Of a stretch of DNA of 64,000 nucleotides, positions 1-14,600 are shown one piece after another. This stretch comes from Acanthaster planci (taxonomy: Eukaryota). The notes below the pieces were generated by a model. That model was not told the DNA's origin and made no database searches. It was given only the letters and a program-made list of their open reading frames with translations. Position 1 is the first letter of the stretch. Each line of letters opens with the position of its first letter. A program made the position numbers and the translations under genes. The stretch is from the NCBI RefSeq assembly GCF_001949145.1, contig NW_019091355.1:5340517-5404516 (forward strand), in the 5' to 3' direction.

Positions 1-1383
1 TTTCCACAAAATATGACTGCCAAGTTGGAATAGGCAAATTACACTGGCCATTGCACCAAAATTGAATTTCACGGCGAGCAAATGGGGGCTCAGATGCACT
101 ACGTAATTTCTTGTTAAGCCCATGAACCATAAAGCTTGCCATTTACCCCACACATGTACGTCAGCAGTAATTGCACAGTGTCTGGATGTAACTGGGATAC
201 CGCTGTGGCGAAAACTTGCGCAGCGGGATAATCAGGTTATAATACTGTGGGTGCTGCCGAACCCCTGCCGGGGGGGCTGCTAGTGTAGCGATAACAGCCT
301 GCACTGTTCCTGCAAGACGACATACATGTACTTGAACAAGTCATAAATTGTTGCCGGTAACCTGTTCCAGTTGCATCTGGGTGCCGCCGGCTAGATGCAG
401 CAGCAAAAGTCTGCGCTCCCAACTTGTTAGTTTGGTGCTCTTGGATTTTAAATGTCTGTGAGTTCAATTGATTCATTTTTTAAAAACCTTTATGAACAAT
501 TACGCTAAGTAAGAAATGAAATGAAAAGGAACAAAGTAAATGTGCATTCACACATTACAGTTCCTGAAAAAACAAAAACACAAAACACTGGAAATGTCTA
601 GGTTGCTGGAATCCTTACCTTGTAATAAAATCAACCTTAATTAAATCAGGTATTCAAATTGCACAAAAGATGGCACGGCAGGTCTCGAAAAGGACTCCAT
701 GCTGCAATCGTTCCTCCCGATACCCAATCCACCTCATGTTTGCCCACCTAGAGGGGATGACGTGGATGTCGCCACGGCAACTTAATGAATTTGGGTTAAG
801 TTGATAGGTAATATTCCTTGGTCATGTCTCTTTTTTTATTTATTTTTTTTCTTCTCGTCTTTGTCTTTTTCCTCTTCCTCTCCCCACCCCTCCCAGGGAG
901 CAGATGAAACTCCTAAATGTGCATCCCTAGAGGAAAAATGTCTCGTGCAAATATGCAGGAGTCTGTGTTTGAACTCTGAAGGGTGCTTGTTCTGGGCAGG
1001 TCCAACGCGACGATGTACTGGCAGAAATGAACCCACATGAAACCTTTCAGTTGTAGAGAGACCTTGTTTTGCCTTCACAAATTTATGCTTTTGCTTTTCT
1101 GACTGACATACATGCAAGAAATAATGTCGTGGGTCACAAAAACTCTTTTAAAGCACTAACTTACATGTAGCAGAAGAGTAGCCAGGGGCATGTTCTGGCA
1201 TTCATACAAAATTACTCCTGACTGAAAATGGTATCAGCGGTCATTCAACCACGATGCAAAGGCCAAAAAAGCAGAAAGGAATGAGTCACAAAAAATACCC
1301 AGCCAATAACAATAACTGAAATGGTTAATGGTTTATGACCATTAAAAATGCCCCCGGGTTTGGGATTGGGAAGTGTGATACAT

Positions 1384-1853
1384 TCGGGCTGAGTAAATTC
1401 AACTAAATCACTATTTGAATATTTGACTTTCAATTCAATCGAATATCCGGATATTCGGTCATACCAACCGGCAGATTGTTGATGAACAAACAATATACAA
1501 AATCAGTTGCAATAACTCACACAATTGTACATTATAATCACTATAAAAGCCTCTCACATTTAGGAGTGTCTCCAGCCATGATTTAGCAAAATTTAAGAGA
1601 GGAGCAATACTTCTTGCCCTGTTGAAAATTTCTGCTCCTTTTAAATTTTCTAATAATGTATTTGTAGAATTGTTGAAAGATTGCTGTCACTTTTCATTTG
1701 AATCTGCTTGAAACAAGCCTCCGTGGTGCAATTTTTCCAATTTAAAACAAAAGAAAAATTCTCCCTTTCTTTTCATGAATTTTTCATTCAAATATTCAAA
1801 TTCAGAAAATATCTGAATATTTGATAATGGATTGAATATTAGACACAGTCCCA
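1384..1853 (-). mobile_element. hAT-like MITE, copy 1 of 3 (about 470-500 bp family)
   Basis: Aligns by eye with 58211-58690 (same orientation) and 40812-41312 (inverted). Degenerate ends tcgggctg...cagtccca; flanks tgatacat/ggatccat match 6/8 as an eroded 8-bp TSD; subterminal GAATATTCGA-type repeats. Confidence 0.75.
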
Positions 1854-2702
1854 GGATCCATGTTTTTAACCTCCAGTTGAAAAACAAAGAACAAAGGGGA
1901 AAAATGTTACTATTGTTTTCTGGTCATTTTCAAACAAAATTAGAGAGAAAATTATTAAGGAAACTAAAAAGAGACTGTGCAGGTGAGCATATACAGGTAC
2001 TGTTACATGTATACGTAGTAAAGAAGCAAACAGAAAACAATTGTCAACATAAATTCATTCATGCAAATAAATTATTCAAAAATCTACATTACCACTTGTT
2101 ATTTTTCTCACAATGAAAAAATTTGGAATGTGCTTAATTTTAACAGTTACATAAAAATGTAAAGTTTATGAGGATCTTTGTGGGATTTCTGATGAATGGC
2201 TGCAAGAGAAATACGGGGGAAAAAAAAGATCCTCTGAATCAAGTTAATGGTACCAAGGACAAAAGCCAATATCTGGCCAGACATTTCATAATACGCCATT
2301 GTTGTTATGAGGCCAGCTTGTCCGTCTCTTGGCAACAGTTACCCAGCATGAAACAGGCTACATGTAGCTCCTGCTCAACGTCATTAACCAAGTAAAGCTA
2401 GGTCTGCTGGGTTTAATTGGCTTGTGTTGACAACTAGTAGGAATGAATGCGGAAAGTAACTCATTACCGCAACTCACTGATGAAGCACTCAACCGAGGTA
2501 GGAATGGCATTCAGTCCGCATTTAACACATATACACACAAAGGATAATCAATAGCAGGAGCAATATTTGGACTCCTTGTAATGAAGGCGTTGCCAAAAAC
2601 GAAAGACAACTCTTTGCCAATGTAATATTCTGTTAGTTTCGAAGCAATCTAATGATGATGAGATGGGAAGGATCCAAACTCAGGGCTTGCTAGCTAACCC
2701 TT

Positions 2703-2790
2703 GGGATGGATAGCTCAATTGGCATAGCACTTGTACTGTATTCCAGAGGATACAGGTTCCAATCCCACTGGAGTCGATTTCTTTGTTCAC
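2703..2790 (+). mobile_element. tRNA-derived SINE head
   Basis: Pol III A-box-like tagctcaattgg and B-box-like ggttccaatccc at tRNA spacing, no intact cloverleaf, followed by a non-tRNA tail; related copy at 8797-8880. Confidence 0.65.
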
Positions 2791-4589
2791 CTATAAAACT
2801 ATTTTCAAAAAGTCAGGAAGAGCACTTACAATTAAATGCCGCAGTTTACTTTTAATTTGCCACAAACAAACTATATTCATCATTTTATCTGTAGCCAAAT
2901 TTCTAGCCATGAGCACACATGTACATCTGTATATACAGTATTGCTTTTCTGAAAGTACATGTACAATTTTTAACCCCTTTTTCAACTCATGGCAAAAATA
3001 CATGTATGCGAGCACTTCCATAGTTTGCTGTACATGCATCCATATGCATAGGCACAATATACTTACAAAATAACCCTTAATGGTGTGTTTGAACCCAAAT
3101 GATTTGAATACATGTATGTTTATTTTTCTACAGCCTATCAAAACTCAGTCCATTCATATGGTACCAGTAGGAAGCAATTATGTACACAAGGATGCAGCTC
3201 TTTCTTTTTCTTTCTTTTGAGTGGGTAAGACTGTTGGGGACATGTGGATCATGCTGCATGCCTTTCCTCATTTCCATGTTGAACTTCCAGCACAATGGCT
3301 GGGGCTCCAAAGAAATATCAAATACCCTCTGATTCAGTGTTCGCACCTCAGACAGACAAAGACCCTGAGAAAACCTATGCAAGAGTTAGAAATTGGATGC
3401 CAAGATAAATTGAGGGGATAATTACATTGCATGGGAGTAGACTACTGTTTCAGTACACAGAAAAAGGTCCCTCACTTGAAAAACTTCCCCAAAGAATATT
3501 CCATGCAACACCCACTCAGGACAGAGAAACAGAAAATAAGGGGGGGGAGGGACACACTTGCAGCAATAGTCTCAGTTCAAGTAGGACCTTTCACCTGACA
3601 TCTTTGTATTACTTTGTGCCTTGATGAGGCTTGTCCTTCCCTAGGACACTGGTACAGATTCCACAGCGGAAATGGATATCCTCGATAAACACAGATTGGT
3701 TTCCTGAAAAATAAACAGTTCATGAACCAAGCACCACCCACCTCCGGCACATGCACAGGAAAAGGGAACAAAATCCCCACAATGCAATTCCAGAGTTGAA
3801 CAATTCAGTCACCTTATGAAAGATTATGTACCTACAGTGGAAAAAACTTGCAAAATTTGATGCCCAAGGACTCTCTCTATGCACAGACTTGATAGCACAT
3901 CGAGACAGAAAGCTGGCCTCCTCTCGGCACCATACCCAAGTGTACTCATGTGCTTAATAAAGTCTCACAAGGAGACTCAAAATCTTAGTTACTTGTGCAG
4001 TGGGATTTTGTGCCAGAATACTTAACAGGCCATATAACGTGCACTCAGATTATTATCGTTAATTACACCAGGGGCGCTCACTTAAATTTCTGTATCTTTT
4101 ATCCACGAGTTGTTTAGTTCTTGCTTGATCCTGCTCAAAATATGGAAAATTGCAAATGTGCATGGCACGTTGTGCAGCTCTGAATATTGAGGCACTTATC
4201 TCTGGAGGCCGAGAAGAATCAAGCCAGAGGCATCATTTTGTTTGTGCGCAGCAATGTGGGCACACACTGTCCAGTAAGTGTACAGACATCAGTGTGCGTG
4301 CCTTGTACATTTATTCCAATAAGCCTTGCCAACGTGTCCATGTGTTTACTCAGAGAGAGAGAGCACATATTGCTCCACAGTGTGGCTCTTGTGTCCATGT
4401 TGTCATTATTGATGTTGTTAATGCACCAATCAATTGCCATGCCAGCCGAACCTCCCACACACAAGACCACTGGGAGCCTAGAGATTTGAGAAGGGAACAC
4501 TCTATCATGGATAATTGCACGATGATTATTCTTTATGATTGCGGAGAATACTGGATCAATAATAGTTTAACTCATGCCCAACGTAGTCA

Positions 4590-4930
4590 GTCTGATCCCC
4601 AAATCCTTAACTATTTCAACCCAATCCAAATCTCTCTAGACAACACCTACTCTAAAAATCCCACAACTTCTTCAAGGCATCTCAACCCTTATCCAACCAA
4701 GCCATTTAAATCAGACCTTGCCCAATCCAACTCATCCTGCATTATCCTTCAACTAACAACTCCTGCTCTGACCAGATCAAAAGGTATCACCCATCCCATC
4801 CCATCCAATCTTAATCCCATCAAACCCAACCAATCCAATCTCAACCAGCCCAGCTCGGCAAACCCAATCCAACTCATCTCGACGCTACCAAAGCCAGTTC
4901 AATGTTACCCACATACAGACCCAGACCATG
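4590..4930. repeat. Degenerate (CCAAT/CCAAC)-type pentanucleotide low-complexity repeat
   Basis: Recurrent ccaat/ccaac/ccatc units with strong C/A strand skew; explains the spurious ORF 4150-4980. Confidence 0.65.
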
Positions 4931-7900
4931 GCATTTTTATCACTTTCATATATACATGTAGCAGTCTCTGTGTAATATGAGCCAAACTCTCCAGCTGCTG
5001 AACTGGGAGCAGGAGCCATAGAAGCCAGTTACCCAATTGAATTGGTCTATTAATGGTTGATGCCTGATGGTCTCACACCTGCCCTTCACTTTGAAACTGT
5101 CTGGCTGTTGGACAAAATGTAAAAGGAGGCAGTGCCAACAAGAAATGTTGGAAGTCATGGCAACTACAGTGCAAAGAAAGGTACCCAATATAAAGACAAA
5201 ATTTCACGACAGACAGAAGGTCCCCTCTCTCCACAAAAAAGACAAGTGACCTAGGGACTGAAACCAAGACACACTGTACATCCACAGTTAAGACAAGTGG
5301 CCCACATGATCCTAATAAAGGTACATTCATTACCACAACATCAGGTCACAGGCAACAAAAAGACAGCTGGGGACAAGAACATAACAAAGACAGTTGACAG
5401 TGACTGACACAACTCTTTGCAAAACTAACACAGACAATTTGACCAAGTGGCTCGTCCAACTTTTGTGGCTCTTTCCTTGGGACAGCTTAAGCAATGCTGA
5501 AACTTTCAAATTCTAAACTTCAAACTCAGATGAAAGCCACCTTTATATGCTTTCCGTCCTGTCTTTGGCTGTTGGAAAACCTCCAGAGGAACCAACTTTA
5601 CTATGGTTGGAGGACTGAGGATGATTACAAAAGTTACCCCATCACACCACAAATCCATTAAGTGGTCGGGTGACTTCGATAAAGCCTTATCGGAAGATGT
5701 AGGTCAAGGATTAAGCAGACAGGGCAATGAAACATGCAGGAAAGCCTCTTGAATGCCTGTCATTCAAATGAATAGGTCGGCAGCTATCCAGAGAGCATGA
5801 CATTGTAGTGATGCCCCTCACAGATCAGGCCAAATCTGATGTTACCATGGCAATGTGTTGTCCTTTCTGTGAATACAGATTCAGTTTTGTCACCTGCATA
5901 TACTCATACATGTACGTCATCAAACAGCTCACAAGGATGACACCTACATTTATAAAGCGTGTGGCACGATCACTAATAATGCAGCCATTTTACATGCTGT
6001 TGCCTGGGCAACATGAATTTGTATACCATTTCCGGAGAACTGGAGTACTGTTATCAATAAAGCATCCACATCTTCACAAATTTCACAACAGACATGACAA
6101 CTAAGCAGCCTGGGTGTTTTACAATTCTAAATAATGGATCTGACCTTTCTCAGCAGCATTACGCACAAAAAGCCGAATACTGCAGACAGTTTTAATCTCC
6201 CATTTGCTGTAACCCTCAACTGCAAATGGTGGGTACACTTGACTTGTTTTTCCAAACAGTTCTATTTTAAGTCCATACGATCCATCCAGTCGGGTAATTG
6301 TCAAGCCAAATGCTTTTGGGATGCAAGCGAGGACCGCAACCATTCCCTCTGAAGATGAGTGAAGCAGTCTTCCCCCTGAAAAGCGAACTTCTTCAACTAT
6401 CAAGTTGCATTTACATACATAGAGGAAGGAAACAGAGAGGAAGGAAAGGCATGATACATGTGCATGTAACGTTTAGCTGATCAACACATCTCTACAAATG
6501 TACACCTGTGCATGTTTACCTATGATTGTTCCCGGAAGCAGTGCCACTGTCCAAAGACAGGCAAATGTAGGAGAAATCCCAGGCAGTCAGATTTGGTGGG
6601 TTGCACTGAACAAGGAGAATGTCTCGCTGACTAAAAAAAATCAATGCGGCTGCAAGAGGGCCCTACAGGGTAGGATTACAGGAAGAGAGAAGACCGACGG
6701 CAAATGGATGATTTCAAGAGAGTAGAGAAAGCAAATTTGTCACCAGACACCACAAAATAAAGCCACTTTTCAGTCCTTCACTTTGTTTTAGTTTGCCTGA
6801 GAGAGAACAGTGAGGTCTTTGTTTCAATGCATCAATCAGGTTGGCATCCTGATGGAATTTGATTTACAATGTACTAGTACAAGATTCTTTCATGGGCTCG
6901 TACCATTAACTTGACAGCGGCTGCGGCAACTCCTGACTCATTTTTAAATTTGTGATCAGTCAGGTCACGTTCAGGCAATGGAATTACTTAGCTATGGTTC
7001 TTCTTGAACTCAGGGAATTTTCTGAACACTTGTTGCTTTTATGCAGTAAGTTCCATCTTGTAATGACATGACTACAGTTCTGTGCAACTTTCACACTTAC
7101 TCCCAACTGTGCAGGCTTCAACAACTTCAAGGCCCGGCTTCCAAATGAGATTTTTAATTTGCAAACATGATGTTTCCTCTCAGCATCTCACACTGATTCC
7201 AATTAATCTACGGTTGGTCCAGGTTCCAAGAGATCATCAGATCAGATGCATCATGGCATAAAGATGCAATGAAGCCCATGGTAATCACCTTTTCGATCAC
7301 TTTCAGTTAACTCTGAATTGATTCCTTGTTTTTAACACCCCCCCGATTTTTTTTCATTCTGATGTTTGTCTCTGTTCTTTGACATGGCCTCAGTGCATTT
7401 TTCCACTTACTGTTCCATATCTTCTCACTTTTTTTTACGCTCTCCCGTGGTTTGTACACCTGTTGTAATCTCCAGTCTACCCACGTCTCTTCCTTAAGTC
7501 TCCCCCCAATTCTTTTTCTGGTTTGAGGGCACAGATGTGACAGTCTGATCTTTTTAGGGAAGACGGGCAAAGGTATCTCAAGAGGAGAGATTGATAATGG
7601 CACATTTATGGCTTTGGGGCAAAAACACACTCCATTATATATTCAATGACACGCGCTGTATATTTATGAAACATCCATTTTGACAGTTCTCATTTGGGGT
7701 GAAAATGAAAGAGGACTGTTTCTAGAGCACGCAAAGAATTTGATTCATTCAAATTCATTTGGGACTTCCTTTAAGTTTTTGCTAAATTACTGATTCTTTT
7801 TCCTGTCTGAAACTGAAGGAAAAACTCGAGTATAATCCCTGTTAAATGAGGATGGCCCACACCAAACAATAATCCTCGAGTCATCTTTGTGCGTGGTGTG

Positions 7901-8796
7901 AGGTTTCCACTGCTCTGTTTTTGCTATCTGTTCCCTGTTCATGGGTTTGCCCAGCCATGTGCATTGCAAATGTATATATGTATATGTACATCGAACGAGT
8001 AGAATGACTTCAAATAAGGCCATGCAACATTGAGGAGGTTGGTGAAACGTGCACGACACGATCTACGTGTACATGTACCGGTACGTGTGTTGAATGATGG
8101 GCGTCGGGTTGGCGGGTGTGATTCTATTCACGAAGATTCATGGCCTCAAACCTGACAGGCAGAACCTTACTAAACAAAGCACACCAAGAACAAACATTTG
8201 GAAAAACATCATCTCTAAGTCACAAAAGTCTAGCCTGGAGACATTACATGTAGTCATTCTGATTTTATTGATTTGTGAACTTTGGTGAGAATTCTTTCTA
8301 ATGGAAAAATAATGGGTATTGGAGCTCCACATAAACATTGTTAGATAGGCCTACACATATATTTGACATGTTTTGTACGAATGCATGACAACACACAATT
8401 TAATTGACGTAATTTGAGTGCATAAAGGGACGATTGTTGGAATACATCAATGGTTGTAGAATACACTTCCCACGTCAATGTGCAGTAGGCTTTGGATTGC
8501 CTTTTACTTTGTTGAATGTTGTACAGATAAATAAACCACAGCATTTCTGTTTCACCAGCCAAAGTCTTTTCGGATATTTGTTTTTCCATGTGCATGCCTG
8601 TTTCAGGTTTGCATTTCAAACAAACTACAACACAAAAGCAGAATTTACATAGGCTGTGTTGGCAATATCTGAGTTATTCGCTGTGAGTGGTAACCTGTTC
8701 GATTCAACATCAAACGCTGTACTTAAAATTTATTGATGGCAATGATGGTTTGGCACGGATGGCTCTTTATTGCAAATAAAGTAACCGTTCATATAA

Positions 8797-8880
8797 GGCC
8801 AGCTCATTGGTAGCTACATGTAGAGCCCTTGTACGGTAACCTGCAAATCTCAAGTTCAAATTCTACTGCAGTCAACTGTA
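8797..8880 (+). mobile_element. tRNA-derived SINE head, second degenerate copy
   Basis: cagctcattggtag...cttgtac...gttcaaattctactgcagtca resembles 2703-2790; carries an apparent ctacatgtag insertion after the A box. Confidence 0.5.
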
Positions 8881-11457
8881 CTCACTCCCTCTGCAAAGAT
8901 TGACATCTTAATCACAGTTGCAAGATTCAGTGCTAAAAACATACATGTACACCGACACGTAAAGCAAACACGTTTAAAAATTCAAGAGGAGGCTTGTTTT
9001 GGGAACGTCTGCATTGATGCAGACTCTAGAAAACAACGCACTGGGGATGAACTCTTGTCATGCTTCCAACCTCTTGAGATATTCCCGGGTACCAAACATC
9101 CTCTGAGATGGTGAAGCTCCGACTGCACCCTCTGCATCAGTGAGAGGCGGAACAACATCAACGGTCCCACAGTTTGACACCCCGGAGCTGTTATTGGTCA
9201 CGTCATGATATATACGATGACCACCCTGCCTCCTTCCACCGTCCGATGTGGTCCATCTACACACAAGCTGCTCACAGACAGATGGAAGGGGGTCACAGGG
9301 AGAATCACACCAACCCGCAGGGTGCCGGTGAGAACGGCTCCCCGCAGAGACATTTTGTTGACAACACATTCATTATGGGTCTTTGGAGAGTTGTTTGAAC
9401 AGCGAAAAACAGAGTAAAATGTCTCCTCATGACTGTTCTCAAAATCCCTGTCCCAGTGTTACTGGAAAATGTCAGTGATCGTTTTATTTACAGCAAAATC
9501 TTTTTGAAAGTGATAAAACTGACTAGACATCTCTTGAAACGATGTTTTCCCGATGCATAAAATAGTCCACACTACTCATCTCAATCGCATTGTTCTGTTG
9601 ATGATTACTGTGGATTTGGCCAGTGTGACACTCACTTTGATGTGTCCAACTGACATGAAACATTACTATAGCAGTGTGCATGAACTTGCAGTTTCTATAA
9701 TCTGTCACCAGTTCAATGCTGAATGCTTGATTTGTATTTGCAAAATTGATTTTTCTCTTTTCAACCATACACCAAGAAAACAAGAAAAAAAACCACTGAA
9801 ATAAGGACAATCTCCCCATAAAAAGGCATGATATGCTATTTTTCAAGGAAGGGGAGAGCACAAAACCAAAACAAAAACACACTCCCCCCAAATATCCCAA
9901 AATGTCTCGGAGACACCACTGCAGAAGGCCACAGATGTGCTGATTATTATGAGAATGTTGTAAACTGGCATTGTCAAGATGTGTATTGCGGTACTTCTTT
10001 ATGAATAATTTGGACAAAACACTAGCCAACACACATACATGTACATGTGTTTTGGATGCTAGGCATGTCAATTTGTAAACGAAGCATTGTTATAAGCCAA
10101 ACTACAGCACAGGCAATGTACATGTTCGTGGAGAATTGCTGAATATAAATTTGGGGCTTAAATGAGTACTATGGGGAAAAAAAGAAGCAAAAAAAACCCA
10201 CACCAAAAAAACCCACAAAAAACTTGCCAGTGGACTTGGATCCATTTCCATTTCAATATACGTACAATATGTCGCTAAAGTTAGGTCAAATTTGTAAGTC
10301 GTACCACTGACATGAAGACTCTTGACAACATTAATCACAGCAGAGGTTTTGCTTCATCAGCTCTTGCCAATTGTCACACCAATATGAGTGAGCTGTCCAG
10401 TGCATGAATCCATCCTGTGCCCTCAGTCCCTCCTGAGACTGCTGCTAGCACACCTTGCCTTTACCTGTCCGAGGTTCAAAAGCACAGCTGCCTGCCTCTT
10501 ATTGGCGTGCGTGAGGAGCTCTAATTTGTTGATCATATGATAGGCCAGCACCTGTGCATTGATTATTGGGCACAAGTCGAGCCAACTCAGCCGTCGGCTT
10601 TGAAAAGCTGCATCTTGGGTTGCATTCAAAGTGGGCGACCGTTTAAAGGTCTCCATCTCGAGAACAAAGATGGGAACAAACAACAGCAAGTGCACCATTT
10701 CCCTATTTGCTAGTATAAAGCTAAAATCTGTAATGTATCTCTTTCAGTGACGCCCGTGGTGAGAAAATGCATCAACATCCTAGATCTGATGCAGTCATGC
10801 ATTGAGGCCAGTTAGCAATGGTCTCCTGTTCCTTTTCAGAGAATTGCCTTGGTTTTGTCCTTGCACACTTCAAGACAGAATTGACCAGCACAAGTCTAAT
10901 CAATCTTAGGGTGTAGCACAGGGAACTGTCTGCGAAATCAATGTGGGCATCGATTGGCCACGTTTCATGTGGCTGTCTGAAACAGAAAAGGGGACTTTGC
11001 GAAGAGACGATCAAGGGAGCTGGCAAGAGGAGAGCATATTACGTGTAGCTGACTGCACCTTGTGTCCTCTTCATGATGATCAAGATGAGGGTACAAAAAA
11101 GTGATTTTGATGAGGGTAATATTGAGTATGACACAAGACGATAAATGTAAAGGCAATATGTAACGTTGGCTGTGTTTGCACCTGTGTATAAATTTACACT
11201 TAAGATGATGATCACATGATCATTTAATGATTACAGTTATGATGGTGATGGTGGTCATGGGATAATGGATGAGGATGCTGGATATGGAAGAAATCAACAT
11301 GTTGAAAGTTCAGAAATACGGTACATAGCTAGGGCCTACATGTACATGTCCATGTTCCGGAAACAGCAAAGCATGCAAAGACCATGGTACCGGCATCATC
11401 TCAAGGTCTTGTGGCCATTGGAGACAGAAATTGTGACCAGCTCCACAAAAATGGGTA

Positions 11458-11680
11458 TTAGGGGACATTTTTTTCAAAATGAGTTACAGACACATTTGAA
11501 TTGGTCACATTATAAGCTTTAAATTGGTGTAGGTTTGAACCCTGTGGCATTTTGAAATCTGGAGATATAGTGATTTTTGGCATAATCATATCATACACGT
11601 TAACAGAATTGCTTTCAGAGATAAAGCCCTTTAAACACAGGAAGTGGAAAAAGAAATCAGCCAAGAAGGAAGTCTCTTAA
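11458..11680. mobile_element. Possible TTAA-flanked (Kolobok-like) MITE remnant
   Basis: Left end tta-ggggacatt and right end aagtctc-ttaa form an imperfect inverted pair. Confidence 0.3.
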
Positions 11681-14249
11681 TACCCACAGCAACAGTTAGG
11701 TTTCTGGTATGAATTGGGAAAGTATTGATATAATAGACGCCAATAAACCAAGAAGTAAAAAATCACCCTGTCCACATACAAAAGCCCTTAGTGTGCAAAA
11801 AGCACAGTGTCCCTTTTTTGCAGGGTGGGTCACAATTGTCATGTTATTGGCTTCTACAAAATGAACCCACATGTACTGCATTCCCCCCAAATCCGTAGGA
11901 AGTTTCTAATCTAATGGGATAATACACGCACATTGTACTCGCCTCTGATATGCGCATTGGAAATACATTTGTACAATGTAGGAATCGAAGATGAGGTACA
12001 TTGTATTTTCCGTAATAGAATTCAGTCAGTGGCAGAACATACATGTAACAAGGGACACAAATGTAAATGAAAATTTCATACATATGTCAAAGTTTGATTG
12101 ATTGTGAAGTGCTGGTTCCAATTAAGCATATCAAGGAAGTTAGAATTTACAATGTAGGAGCTGAACACAACGGTTGGCAAGTTTTTAAAGGGTCTACAAC
12201 TACATTATATGCAAACAACTTTTCTTAGGTACACTCTTGTACAACTTTGTATCCTTTATAAATATATGGAACAATTTGACTTCTCTTTTTTGGTTCACTG
12301 TGCTGAAAAATGACTCAGGGAACACTGTGACATCTTTCAAGCAAAAAAACTGCTCACTGGAAAGATTTGTGAGAAAGGGTCGTACACTGCCACACGTTCT
12401 TACGAATCACTAAAGAAAACACAATCGATTACAGCAAAATCAAAAATTCTCGCAACTTTTTGAGCTGAAATAGATGTTAATAGAGATTTGTGCCCAGAAT
12501 GACACCAGACTTTGCTCACAAACATGGCCACTCGCATCAGCACATACGGCAACCAAAAAAAAAACTATTCAAATCGAGTGTTTAATATGATATTAAAATT
12601 TCAAGGGGATACAAAAGTACATTTTGAAGGTTGTATTTACAACATTGTATTGCATAGGTTCTATAAGTGCTTCTCAGACAGGTAGACAGGGTTGGTTTTG
12701 TAGTTTTTACACATTCAATTGTGCGTATTTTCCTCCCGTCTGACAAATGTACACGTATTCACATGCATTGTGCCTCATCAAACCTGACGTCACACCAAAT
12801 TCAGCACTCCCAGCAAATTAGGGGAAAACAAAAAGGTTTGTTTGGTCGTGACGTTTGATGCGCCATGATGCCGATTGTTGGGGCAACCGAGAGAATCGTC
12901 CCTGGTTGCTGGGAAACGAAGGATTGGTTAAGTCATGAGGGCACGCTCACATAATTGCTGATTATGTCTGCATCATTGCCTCTTATGCCATCATCTCTTG
13001 TACTGCTTTACTCTCACACTGAGTTGGCGTGAAAGCGGCATTTAAGGGGAGACAAATTCTGTCATTTTGGGAGGGAATTGACTGAAACATCCCTCAGTTC
13101 GATGCCACGGAACATCATACATCAATATCAAATAGCATGTGAAATGTAATGGCGGTGCATACACTCATGTATTTTCCTTGTGTTGCTTCAAAAAGCTACA
13201 ATACCTGTGCATGCATGTAGAGTGTAGGCTCTTTCACACGAATGACGGAAACACACATCTGTGATGTTTGGTGCCGAGTGTCTGTCGCAAGGGTTGCCTG
13301 CAATTTCAACGTAAGCTTTCACACAGTACAACGCAGCACGTCAGTAAACATGCTTTGTTTTGCAGCATTTACACTTGTATCGCTGGTGCTGTGATACTCT
13401 TGGAACGGTGGAATTATGGGATACCGGCGACTGAGTCAAAAACATACTGGGCCAAAAGATTTCCACCCAATAAAATTTACGTTGAAATTCTACAGGATGT
13501 ACATGTACAAGTACTTCTGATGATTAAAGCATTTTGGCGACAAATCAAGAAAAAGCGCAGGGGGCAACTGAATGTAGAACTGAAGTGGAAAATTAATACA
13601 TTTAGGAAGAATTTCAAATATATCTCTGTACACCACACCTGCTCTGCGTAATGTACATATAGTACAGATACGTGTACATATACATATATATGAACCGTTG
13701 CTACTGAAGCCCAGAAGTTGCACATGTTCTTGTGGAACATCTTTAAAAGTAGGAAACAAACAGAGTGAGCAATAACTCAACGGGAACTTGCTCGTCCAAG
13801 AAGGAAGCATTCCAAATGGAATGTATTTAAATCTCTGGTTTCAATGCTCTCCTTTTGCTTGCAGCCTCAATGATTTTTCCCGCCACTTGACATATCAGCT
13901 AGCTCAAGTCTCCATCAGGGCCGGGTTAGCCAAAAGGTACAGAAGGCATAGTGCCTGGCCAGGTAGATGCAAAAATTTCCTGTCTCACTTGAAATTGTCA
14001 ATTTTGGGACAGCTTCAGACAAGCTAACACAGTTGTACAGATACAATATCATAAAAATGTGAAGCTCGAGCACTGAGCAACACCACACAGTAATTACTGG
14101 TGCTAGTGTCGTGGGTGGAGATTGGGCCATAACAAATGGTAGCAAGCCTAAGGGGCCCTGGCATATGCAAGTACAGGAATAACTTCATTCTATAAGACCC
14201 TTCAACTGGAGGGATTTGAAAAACCCACTACAATAAAGAGTTTCATATC

Positions 14250-14600
14250 TGTTTGAAGGACCAAACGTGGACTATTTTGGAGTGCAGTAGACTGGCAGGA
14301 AACTCTTCAAAATCTAGCAATTTGGTGTCAGATTTTGAGGATAAGGCTTCACAGCGCAGAAATCCTCTGAGAATGTAGGTGTACCAGTATGTGTGCCTGT
14401 AATTTCTCTGAAATTCTGCGTCCGTGGGATACGTGACCAGATTCCACAAGCCTCAAGGCAAGACTGTGCCAATGGACGATATCATCGGATAGGTCCTACT
14501 GCGGTATAATTCTGGCGATGCATCATGATGTGAGTTTTGATATCAGCACAGGCTTGTCTCCGGGTCATTTGCTCGATAATTTTGATTAGCTCACTGTTAC
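14250..14600 (+). mobile_element. Possible LINE (CR1/L2-like) ORF2 relic, endonuclease-RT linker region
   Basis: Frameshifted pieces SAVDWQETLQN / SDFEDK / RPW / IRDQIPQASRQ resemble the 'VDW...W..F...PW' pattern of CR1/L2 ORF2; heavily eroded. Confidence 0.3.

Noticed and set aside
160..309. Possible minus-strand terminal exon (TVQAVIATLAAPPAGVRQHPQYYNLIIPLRKF...)
   Set aside because: An acceptor is present but I recognise no homology and found no linked exons.
2703..2775. Functional tRNA gene
   Set aside because: A and B boxes are present but stems do not pair well; a diverged second copy points to a SINE.
4150..4980. 276-aa ORF, the longest not made of Ns
   Set aside because: Its second half translates the CCAAT-type low-complexity repeat; no recognisable domain.
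6900..7630. Possible LINE ORF1 relic on the minus strand
   Set aside because: Only vague Lys/Glu-rich pieces and a DLT motif; too weak to call.
9040..9400. GC-rich patch with overlapping ORFs
   Set aside because: No recognisable protein in any frame and no convincing splice sites.
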